30,273 nt of DNA from a virus (lineage: Duplodnaviria; Caudoviricetes): positions 1-30,273 of IMG/VR virus record IMGVR_UViG_3300048598_000461; one strand, given 5' to 3'. Below, one piece after another: positions 8,216 through 15,760 of the stretch. A program made the translations under genes and the position numbers. Numbering within the stretch: the stretch's first letter is position 1; every line of letters begins with the position of its first letter. The notes below the pieces were generated by a model that worked only from the letters and a program-made list of their open reading frames with translations, searched no databases and was not told where the DNA came from.

Positions 8216-10111
8216 TTATGCTTCGCCTTTAAACTTCACAGCGCCGCGATAATCCTGCTCTCTGACACCAAAATCAATAAAGCCCCTGAACTGAATACCA
8301 AGCGTATTAAAATCGGCATCGGTCTTTTCAACTGTTGGCTGATCGATTCCATTAAGGAACGCAACTTCCAGGGCAGGAAGTCTGTTAGGATCAGCAAACA
8401 AATACCATGCCTTTGAGCTATAGCCTGCAAAAGATGAATTACTTAAATAGCTGCTCGAGACAACTTCATATTTACCGATATGAGGATTGGATGCAGGTTT
8501 ACCTTTATTGGCCGTGGTGGTTTCATTCAATGTCGGCGACTTCATCAATAAATCAGCTGGAACCCTCAACGCCGTTGGCACCAGTATTAATGAAGGCTGA
8601 ACACCAAGGGGTTTGCCGTTTGGTTTAGTTTGCTCGCCAAATACAACCTCGGCATCTGTCAGTGAATCAACACACAGTGCAGTATCAGCACCATCTTTGT
8701 AATTTTTATGTGCGGCAGAAAAGAAACTCGATGGATTTGAGAGCAATAATCCCCATACAGCATCAGCGATAGCTTCGGCCGCTCCCATACCAATTTGTCT
8801 CGGAACATCGGTAAATGCAGCCAGATCATCATTGATAATCATCTGACGAGTAAGAGCGAACATGATACCATGGGTATCTGCCTTCTGGCCGTACTTCTGC
8901 TCATCGATTTTACCGTGCTTCAATTCGCCATCAGCGCCAACCTGCTCGAACTTAAAACTTCCGGTCATACGATACCGGCTGTGCTCTTTAAAATCGTTTA
9001 CACTTGCAATCTTGCAGATCTTCCGCCATGAATCTTCAATGTAGTTATATCCTTCCAAGAGCATTTTATTTGCTACATTGGAAAGTATTCCCGGAAGTGA
9101 AGCAGTACTGAATGCTGCTGCAAGCCATGCCGACGCATCCCTGCGGAATCTGGGCAGCTGCATAGCGCAAATCTGCTCACAGTACTCCTGAATACCAATG
9201 CCGCGGAGTTTTTCAGCAGCTTCTAAAGTCTGGTCATCGTAATAATTTTCGAGCCTGGAACCTCCAATACCTGACGCCATCAATGCTACTGCCTCAAAAA
9301 CCTTGGGGGTTGCCGTAATCTTCTGCGAAGATACGATATTTACAGTCGGTCTTGATGCCCGAAGAACTTCTAGTTCGCATTTGGCCTGGTCCCAACCTTC
9401 GGCGATTGCCTTGGCTTCGATATCATCGTATTTACTAGAGCAGATTTTCTTGATAGCGGCGATACGGGAAGTTTCCGCAGCGGCTGCTGCTCTGATATCT
9501 GCTGTGGCAGATTCAGCGGTTATAGTTGTTTCTTCTTTTTTTGTGGTTTCCTTATTTTCGTTTTCCATAGTTTGCTCCTGAAAATTAGCGGCAATTGTTG
9601 CCGATGTATTGTTATCTGCGCCAAGGGTCACAAAACTTATTTCACCCAAGGTTGCCTTACGTGCTACATTCAATGGGCCAGTAAAATCCTTACCGTTTAC
9701 ATTTACATTCTGCCCTGCTTTAATGAATTCAACCTGGTCGGCTCGTGCGCCAATAGATGCCTGCCAGTTAAAACCTTTATCAGCTAAAGTAATAACGCGA
9801 GTTGCTCTGGGGGAATCACCAAGGATTTCGCCGACGGCGATTAAGTTATTTTCCAGAATATCCACATGGTCAGTCTGGCCAAGCAGGTCATCGATATCCT
9901 GGTTATGACTTATAAATATAGGCCGCGATGAACTGCCTGTATTTAACCCTTGCAAATCAATTACCACAGGATATTTCCAGCCTTCAAGCATCATCGGACC
10001 GCCCGTATATGCCGTCATTGAAAAACGCCTGTTTTTGGGCTTTTCGTTTTCACCGATCGCCTGTGCTGCTTCGATTGAAAAGTTTGCTGTTAGATTTAGT
10101 TTATTCTTCAT
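8216..10111 (-). CDS. Prohead protease - major capsid protein fusion (Mu gpT-like capsid domain)
   Basis: N-terminal protease motifs (AYTGG, PIFISH, WQASIG, EISFVTLGAD), charged scaffold-like linker, C-terminal capsid motifs (SVNDFK, LTRQMIINDDL, EVAFLNG, DFGV...DYRG). Confidence 0.88.
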   Translation of the reverse strand: MKNKLNLTANFSIEAAQAIGENEKPKNRRFSMTAYTGGPMMLEGWKYPVVIDLQGLNTGSSSRPIFISHNQDIDDLLGQTDHVDILENNLIAVGEILGDSPRATRVITLADKGFNWQASIGARADQVEFIKAGQNVNVNGKDFTGPLNVARKATLGEISFVTLGADNNTSATIAANFQEQTMENENKETTKKEETTITAESATADIRAAAAAETSRIAAIKKICSSKYDDIEAKAIAEGWDQAKCELEVLRASRPTVNIVSSQKITATPKVFEAVALMASGIGGSRLENYYDDQTLEAAEKLRGIGIQEYCEQICAMQLPRFRRDASAWLAAAFSTASLPGILSNVANKMLLEGYNYIEDSWRKICKIASVNDFKEHSRYRMTGSFKFEQVGADGELKHGKIDEQKYGQKADTHGIMFALTRQMIINDDLAAFTDVPRQIGMGAAEAIADAVWGLLLSNPSSFFSAAHKNYKDGADTALCVDSLTDAEVVFGEQTKPNGKPLGVQPSLILVPTALRVPADLLMKSPTLNETTTANKGKPASNPHIGKYEVVSSSYLSNSSFAGYSSKAWYLFADPNRLPALEVAFLNGIDQPTVEKTDADFNTLGIQFRGFIDFGVREQDYRGAVKFKGEA

Positions 10112-11525
10112 CTTCGTCTTTCTCCAAAATTGAAGTAGTTGTTGTCTGTTGTGATATGCCTAATTCATCCATTAATTTTTTCTCGCGTGAGCGCTGTCGA
10201 AGTTCAACTTCCCAGTCCTTGCCCTGCTTTGCATATTCATCAGCGAGAGTTGTAGTGTGATTGGAAAGTCTGATTTCCTGTGCCTTGGCTTCTTTAGCAG
10301 GATCGACATGTTCAGTGCCATCCCAAAACCACTGATGACAAGGCATTGTCCTAACAATAGTTCGCCAGTTCAGTGGCAAATAGTCTGAAATGAGTATTGC
10401 TTCGTTTAGCCACGCCTGCAAAATCCGATCTAAAATAATAAGTGCCATGTCCGCTTGATCCACCCTGATGCTCTTGTAATATGTTTGATGGTCAAGCCGG
10501 CCGGAGGCATAGTTGTATCCCGATGAATTACACGCTGCGATATTAAACGGCATATTCAGACAGCGAGCGATTTCATTTAAAATCTGATTTTTAAATTCAC
10601 CGTAAGTTGTAGTTGGCTGATGTGCTTCGATTTGGCCCAGTTTCCAACCATCAGGAAGCGTTGTTGCCATTCTTTTTTCGAGGGCAACTACATCCATAGG
10701 CTCTAAATTAGCCGCTTCACCATTTGCGGGACTGTCGGTATAAAGCACCGCTGCAAAATCAGCGGCAGTTTCAGCGGCAGCAATTACAGCAAGTGTATAT
10801 CTTCGAAGCTGTGCAAATAACGGAAGTGCCGACGTGATTTCAGGAATTCCCCTGCTTTGTCCCGGCCTATCTGCCCTGAACCAATGGATCATTGAATCCG
10901 CATCGATAGTGTTGTATTCATAAAAAGCGGCATTCGAGAAAGAGCCGGGATGATTTTTTAAACAATAATAACTGGATGGATTACCAAACTGGTCAAATTC
11001 AATACCATCAACTAACGATTGCGTGTTAAGAAATTTTGACCATGGTGTCGTTATCTGGTCTGCTTCGATAAGCCTAAGATCAAGTTTTACAGGAGAATTC
11101 AAATTCCTGTTTATTGAAAGTATCCCGAAAGCCTCACCATCGCTTGCTCGTGCCATCCGCATGGTGCGAAGTTTCTGGGCAAGTTTGATTTGAGAGGCCC
11201 AGTTCATAAATTCTGTTTCGATAATACCATTACCGTGATCGTCGTCGGTCAGCATCTGAAGTCTTGGCCCTGTGCCGACAACATCGTTAGCAAGAGTTGT
11301 AATAATTCCGCGAGCATAGCTGTTATTGGCAACTTCATAGCGTGATCTGTTTCGAAGGGTCTTCCTAACATCAGCGTTAGTTGCAGAATCAGCCGACAGA
11401 GAATCGGCATTGGCCCAGTGCCTCTGGTTGTCAGCTGTGGTCTGGGCAGCATCGAACCTTGCCCGCAGGATTCGTCCTGCAGGATGATAAACCTTTTGCT
11501 TTTTATTTTTGCCGAAAAACCACAT
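10101..11525 (-). CDS. Portal protein, lambda family
   Basis: LRNRSRYEVANNSYARG, DGE, RPGQSRGIP, NYASGR, HVDPAKE motifs of lambda gpB-type portals. Confidence 0.93.
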   Translation of the reverse strand: MWFFGKNKKQKVYHPAGRILRARFDAAQTTADNQRHWANADSLSADSATNADVRKTLRNRSRYEVANNSYARGIITTLANDVVGTGPRLQMLTDDDHGNGIIETEFMNWASQIKLAQKLRTMRMARASDGEAFGILSINRNLNSPVKLDLRLIEADQITTPWSKFLNTQSLVDGIEFDQFGNPSSYYCLKNHPGSFSNAAFYEYNTIDADSMIHWFRADRPGQSRGIPEITSALPLFAQLRRYTLAVIAAAETAADFAAVLYTDSPANGEAANLEPMDVVALEKRMATTLPDGWKLGQIEAHQPTTTYGEFKNQILNEIARCLNMPFNIAACNSSGYNYASGRLDHQTYYKSIRVDQADMALIILDRILQAWLNEAILISDYLPLNWRTIVRTMPCHQWFWDGTEHVDPAKEAKAQEIRLSNHTTTLADEYAKQGKDWEVELRQRSREKKLMDELGISQQTTTTSILEKDEDEE

Positions 11526-11527
11526 AA

Positions 11528-11725
11528 CTAAACCGTTCCCGATGGAGATAACTTTGAAAACTTAATGCCAAGACCTTTTCGCTGTGTCGCAGTTTTACTG
11601 GCCAGGTATTTATCTGCCAGAATCTGGTCAGCCAGCGAATACTGCTCTACGGAAACTCCGTCACTGGAAACTTTAGCTGGCTGCTTTGCGCTATCCAAAA
11701 TCGAATTATTTAAATCATCTGTCAT
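11528..11725 (-). CDS. gpW-like head completion protein
   Basis: 65 aa from MTDDLNN (ATG 11725), directly upstream of the portal as in lambda; the longer ORF-track start (11839) runs through the tRNA and terminator. Confidence 0.65.
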   Translation of the reverse strand: MTDDLNNSILDSAKQPAKVSSDGVSVEQYSLADQILADKYLASKTATQRKGLGIKFSKLSPSGTV

Positions 11726-11727
11726 AA

Positions 11728-11799
11728 TTGCGGGAGAAGGACTCGAACCTTCATGTTCCAGGGCATGAGCCTGGTGAGCTACCATTGCTCTATCCCGCC
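11728..11799 (-). tRNA. tRNA-Met(CAT), initiator (fMet)-type, no encoded CCA
   Basis: Cloverleaf: acceptor GGCGGGA/TCCCGCA + A73 (1:72 mismatch); D arm GAGC-AATGGTA-GCTC (A11:U24); anticodon arm CCAGG-CTCATGC-CCTGG (CAT at 11767-11765); T arm GAAGG-TTCGAGT-CCTTC. Confidence 0.9.
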
Positions 11800-11824
11800 A
11801 AAAGCAACTAAATTCTGCGAGCGC

Positions 11825-11864
11825 AAAAAAATAAGCCATCCGGGTGTTCGGCCCCGAACGGCTT
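11825..11864 (-). terminator. Intrinsic terminator in the late leader
   Basis: Stem GCCGTTCGGG/CCCGGATGGC (two G:U pairs), 8-nt loop, then TTATTTTTTT. Confidence 0.8.
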
Positions 11865-11877
11865 TTATATTTTTTCT

Positions 11878-11908
11878 GGATTACTGCGAGGATCAGTCGC
11901 AGTTACCC
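11878..11908 (-). promoter_or_regulatory. Leader hairpin with CUGAUCC loop
   Basis: GGGTAACTGCGA-CTGATCC-TCGCAGTAATCC, 11 of 12 positions paired, between promoter and terminator. Confidence 0.6.
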
Positions 11909-11931
11909 GCGTTATTTAGTTGTCGAGCTTG

Positions 11932-11959
11932 ATTATGACATGTGAATTTTGGTATTCAA
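11932..11959 (-). promoter_or_regulatory. Sigma70-type promoter for the structural (late) operon
   Basis: -35 TTGAAT (11959-11954), 16-nt spacer, extended -10 TGnCATAAT (11940-11932). Confidence 0.6.
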
Positions 11960-12144
11960 TAGTGATTTTTAAAGAAATGAAAATCGTTACATATGTAGAT
12001 AAAAAACACGTAACAGAGATAAAAAAATATATATAAGTCTTGCTGCCTATTAGGAAGTTTGGTGCAATTTTTAGAGTTTTCCCTGATTGTTTTCGCTAAC
12101 CCTTTGCTTAACATTGTTACATGAAATACGTAGGAGATATTACT

Positions 12145-13596
12145 ATGAACGATGACCTTAAACCTACAACAACTGATGCCGGGATGCCTGTATCCAGTGA
12201 CGAGTTTTCGCTTACTGTGGGACCTGATGGCCCAGTCCTGCTGCAGGATTCATACCTTATCGAGCAAATGGCAAACTTCAATCGAGAGCGTATCCCGGAT
12301 CGTCAGCCCCATGCAAAGGGAGCAGGAGCATTCGGTTGCTTCGAGGTGACTCATGATGTCAGCGCCTACACCAAGGCGGCGGTGTTCCAGCCGGGCACAA
12401 AAACAGACACCCTTATTCGGTTTTCAACTGTTGCCGGTGAAAGCGGTAGCCCCGACACATGGCGGGATGTGCGAGGTTTTGCATTGAGATTCTACACCAG
12501 CGAAGGCAACTACGACATGGTGGGCAACAACACACCAGTATTCTTCGTCCGAGATCCTATGAAGTTCCAGTACTTTATCCACTCCCAGAAGCGACGCGCC
12601 GACAACGGGCTGCGCGACAATGATATGCAATGGGATTTCTGGACTCTATCGCCCGAGTCGGCACACCAGGTTACAATATTGTTTAGCGACCGCGGGATTC
12701 CCAAAAGTTGGCGTAACATGAACGGCTATTCGAGCCATACCTATATGTGGTGTAACACAAAAGGAGAACGATTCTGGGTGAAGTATCACTTCAAGACGGA
12801 CCAAGGCATTGACTTCCTTACTCAGGAAGAAGCCGATCGGATCGCCGGTCAAGATGCGGACTACCACAGACGCGACCTTTTTGAGGCAATCAAGCGGGGA
12901 GATTATCCCAGTTGGACGCTGAAGATGCAAATCATGCCATTCGAAGAAGCAGAAACCTACCGATTCAATCCTTTCGACCTGACCAAGGTATGGCCACATG
13001 GTGACTACCCCCTGCACGAAGTCGGCCGGCTGACTATAAACCGGAACCCAACCGATTTCCATACCGAGATTGAGCAGGCAGCGTTCGAACCGAACAACCT
13101 TGTACCAGGTATTGGTCCAAGTCCGGATAAGATGCTGCTCGCTCGCCTCTTCTCCTACGCTGACGCACATCGAGCTCGCTTGGGTGTCAACTACAAGCAG
13201 ATTCCGGTCAATCGGCCGAAATGCGAAGTACATAGCTACAGTAAAGATGGAGCGATGCGGATCGACAACGTGTCCGACCCAGTGTATGCACCAAACTCAA
13301 AAGGAGGTCCGAAGGCTCATGGAGAACGCTATCCCCAAGTCGATGTATGGAACGCCAGTGGCCAGTTCGTCCGCGCTGCCTACACCCTGCGAAAAGATGA
13401 TGACAACTGGGGCCAGGCCGGTACACTGGTGCGAAAAGTCATGAACGATGCGCAGCGAGACCGCCTTGTATCCAACGTCGTCGGACATCTCAAAAATGGC
13501 GTGTCGGAACCTGTACTGCAGCGTGCATTCGAATACTGGCGCAACATCGACAAAGAAATTGGTGATCGCATAGTCAAAGGTGTGACCGGAAGCTGA
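12145..13596 (+). CDS. katA: Monofunctional heme catalase, small-subunit type
   Basis: 483 aa from ATG 12145 (AGGAG at 12132-12136); distal His motif [36 protein letters not shown] and proximal Tyr motif [10 protein letters not shown] all present. Confidence 0.96.
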   Translation: MNDDLKPTTTDAGMPVSSDEFSLTVGPDGPVLLQDSYLIEQMANFNRERIPDRQPHAKGAGAFGCFEVTHDVSAYTKAAVFQPGTKTDTLIRFSTVAGESGSPDTWRDVRGFALRFYTSEGNYDMVGNNTPVFFVRDPMKFQYFIHSQKRRADNGLRDNDMQWDFWTLSPESAHQVTILFSDRGIPKSWRNMNGYSSHTYMWCNTKGERFWVKYHFKTDQGIDFLTQEEADRIAGQDADYHRRDLFEAIKRGDYPSWTLKMQIMPFEEAETYRFNPFDLTKVWPHGDYPLHEVGRLTINRNPTDFHTEIEQAAFEPNNLVPGIGPSPDKMLLARLFSYADAHRARLGVNYKQIPVNRPKCEVHSYSKDGAMRIDNVSDPVYAPNSKGGPKAHGERYPQVDVWNASGQFVRAAYTLRKDDDNWGQAGTLVRKVMNDAQRDRLVSNVVGHLKNGVSEPVLQRAFEYWRNIDKEIGDRIVKGVTGS

Positions 13597-13622
13597 TATA
13601 ACTCATGATATGTGGAACAAAT

Positions 13623-13652
13623 TATTACCAGTTACGAATAAAACTGGTAATA
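13623..13652. terminator. Hairpin between convergent catalase and Fic genes
   Basis: TATTACCAGTT-8 nt-AACTGGTAATA perfect 11-bp inverted repeat; a second AT-rich inverted repeat at 13717-13746. Confidence 0.5.
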
Positions 13653-13758
13653 TTTATTACCAAGTCAGTTGAATACCATGATTAGAATTCCACCCAAGAA
13701 TAGTCGTTATATTTCATTTTGTTTTCTACAAATTGACAAAACAAAATACAATAAAATC

Positions 13759-15273
13759 TCATATTTTACGGAATGATTTTTGTATAGCATTCTCCATTTT
13801 TTGAACTTCCGTCTCAGTAAGTTCAGGAAAATGTGATTTGAGTTTTTTTGATGAAATAACACCTTTGCTCTGAAGGCTCAAGCGAATGAATAAATCTATT
13901 CTGTTATCAGGCATATCAACTATTTCCTGGATGGCGCGTTTGGTTATATCATAATCTTTCAGGAAATTTAGTTCCTCAACCATTTCCTTTTCAATAGTTG
14001 CCTGAATGAAAACAAACAATGCCTCAGCAATAGAAGTCATGTCCGGGAAGCGATAATGAATGATTGTCTGATTATTAACCTTCATCTTACCTTCTTCATC
14101 GAGTGTATAATCAATCAAAGAAATTAAAGGTTTAGAGAAACTCTCAAGGCAAGCATCGTAGGTTTCCATGTTATTCAGCATTGCAGCTGAAATTGGGAAA
14201 ATTAATCCTTTGGGAGTAAAACCTCTGCTCGCAAGTATATTGTGAAGTAAAAATCGGTGTATTCTGCCATTTCCATCACCAAATGGGTGCATAAAGACAA
14301 AACCAAAAGCAATAACCGCTGCATGGACCACCGGATGTACATCGGATTTATTCATTCGCTGATGCGCTAAGATTAAACCTTCCATTAAATCTTGAATATC
14401 TTCAGGCTTTGGCGAAATAAAATGAATTTTTTCTCGTTGCCAGCCTATTGTTTCACCAACATAATTTTGATCATTTCGATAATCGCTATTTGCATACCTG
14501 GGATCTACGATTCGATTCTGTAATTCAATCAAAGCTTTTTTATTTACAAAATCGTCTTTTTCCGCAATCTGCAAAAGAGAAACAAATCTGTCGGTCCTGC
14601 CGGCATTTGGAGTAATATTTTCAATTGCAAATGAAGACTTGGTTTCCTTAGTGTACAGATAACTCAAAGCGCGTTTAAGAAAATCATCCGGGTACTTAGC
14701 TAAGATTTTACGGCATTTATCGCTCAAATCAGATACTTCAAACTTGTTGAGCACTTCTGTTTTTCGTATGACAGGACAGAATTTAAAGTTTCCCAATAAA
14801 TTGTTGCGTACATGATGACGGCTGCTCGTTTCATTTTGCGCAGTATAATATTTTTCTTCGTCGAGAAGATCAATGTAGTTGCCGCTTGTAAGATCTTCAA
14901 TCTCAAGCCTTTTGTTTTTCATCCATTCATAAAGATACCAAATTCGACGAGTATATTGACTTTGCGGCTTTGAAATAATCCATGAAGTCAGTTCATTAAT
15001 ATTAACCTTATCAAAAACTTCAGAGAGTATTTCAAGATTGATGCCATCATATTTTAGAGCAAATTCAAAATGTTCGAGGTAAATATCTCCTGGCCAGTAT
15101 TTATTTGTAAATGTTTCACAAACACGTCCATCTGATTCAATTATTTGTTGATGTGTTGAACCGCCCACCTGGGAGATATGCCAGTGTGGCAAAACCTGCA
15201 AATTGAAATGGCGGATAAGAAAGGCATATCCAGCTAATTTTACATTATCTGTTTTCGGAAAAGTAGTTACCAT
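13759..15273 (-). CDS. Fic family protein (AMPylase-type)
   Basis: Canonical HPFGDGNGRIHR motif; upstream SFAIEN fits the (S/T)xxxE(G/N) inhibitory helix; 504 aa. Confidence 0.93.
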   Translation of the reverse strand: MVTTFPKTDNVKLAGYAFLIRHFNLQVLPHWHISQVGGSTHQQIIESDGRVCETFTNKYWPGDIYLEHFEFALKYDGINLEILSEVFDKVNINELTSWIISKPQSQYTRRIWYLYEWMKNKRLEIEDLTSGNYIDLLDEEKYYTAQNETSSRHHVRNNLLGNFKFCPVIRKTEVLNKFEVSDLSDKCRKILAKYPDDFLKRALSYLYTKETKSSFAIENITPNAGRTDRFVSLLQIAEKDDFVNKKALIELQNRIVDPRYANSDYRNDQNYVGETIGWQREKIHFISPKPEDIQDLMEGLILAHQRMNKSDVHPVVHAAVIAFGFVFMHPFGDGNGRIHRFLLHNILASRGFTPKGLIFPISAAMLNNMETYDACLESFSKPLISLIDYTLDEEGKMKVNNQTIIHYRFPDMTSIAEALFVFIQATIEKEMVEELNFLKDYDITKRAIQEIVDMPDNRIDLFIRLSLQSKGVISSKKLKSHFPELTETEVQKMENAIQKSFRKI

Positions 15274-15460
15274 CTGCTTTATTCCTAAAAAAACGCTTAT
15301 TGCTCAAGAAATATACTTATATATCGGCCATTTTCAAGAAAAACACTTATAAAAAAGAGAAAATCAGGAAAAATACTTATTTTTAGTATAAAAATCGGAA
15401 ATTTGCTTATAAGCACTGCGAAATATAGTGAAAAACGCGGTTTTCCGCAAAAATCCTTAT
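15251..15460. repeat. Phased array of ~20-bp direct repeats (approx. WWWTCARGAAAAAYRCTTAT)
   Basis: CTTAT-ending copies finish at 15300, 15320, 15350, 15380, 15410 and 15460; a degenerate copy ends at 15270. Confidence 0.8.
15310..15337 (-). promoter_or_regulatory. Putative sigma70 promoter of the Fic gene
   Basis: -35 TTGAAA (15337-15332), 16-nt spacer, -10 TATATT (15315-15310); AGGA upstream of ATG 15273. Confidence 0.5.
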
Positions 15461-15528
15461 TCATCCCTCTAATTGTTAAAAATCAACCACCAAATGGTTA
15501 ATTTGTAAATAAATACAAGCGAGTTTCC

Positions 15529-15566
15529 CAAAATGTCGGCACATCTTAATAATTGCCGACGTTTTG
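15529..15566. terminator. Inverted repeat after the Zn-ribbon gene (terminator or operator)
   Basis: CAAAATGTCGGCA-12 nt-TGCCGACGTTTTG, 12 of 13 complementary. Confidence 0.45.
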
Positions 15567-15598
15567 TACCGAGCAAAATTAACTTATTTCATCCTCTA

Positions 15599-15760
15599 TC
15601 ACTGTCCCAATCTCTTTTCCCAAGTCGTAAATCGCCTGCCGCATTTTATACATTCTCTTCTGCGCACAAGTTTTCCTTCCGATGCCGGACGCGTATAGAT
15701 TACGTGAAATTGCCTGCATCCACATTTCTGGCACTCAAATCCTTTTTGTTTCTGTATCAT
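15599..15760 (-). CDS. Small zinc-ribbon protein (NrdR N-terminal / Ogr-Delta-like)
   Basis: 53 aa from ATG 15760 (ATGA overlap with terminase stop): CQKCG...VIYTR...RRRECIKCGRRFTTWE. Confidence 0.8.
   Translation of the reverse strand: MIQKQKGFECQKCGCRQFHVIYTRPASEGKLVRRRECIKCGRRFTTWEKRLGQ

Noticed and set aside
11728-11799. tRNA as an integration (att) site remnant
   Set aside because: It is a complete cloverleaf in the middle of the phage; I saw no duplicated 3' fragment or integrase in the window.
11726-11839. N-terminal extension of the gpW-like ORF (starts at 11839 or 11785)
   Set aside because: Runs through the terminator and tRNA cloverleaf with no evident RBS; ATG 11725 is preferred.
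11825-11925. Leader RNA as a known riboswitch class
   Set aside because: I could not match it to any riboswitch consensus by eye; an Rfam search is needed.
12109-12119. Palindrome TAACATTGTTA upstream of catalase as a PerR/Fur/OxyR box
   Set aside because: Short, AT-rich and not a convincing match to those consensus sites.
12424-13577. Several overlapping ORFs within catalase, including 12646..13233 (-)
   Set aside because: Expected shadows of a GC-richer gene.
15251-15460. Repeat array as a CRISPR or mini-CRISPR array
   Set aside because: Repeats are degenerate and non-palindromic, spacers are 0-30 nt (mostly 10), and no cas genes are present; kept as an operator-like array.
12000-15598. 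Catalase-Fic cassette as a transposon or integron cassette
   Set aside because: No transposase, terminal inverted repeats, target duplication or attC-like site found by eye.
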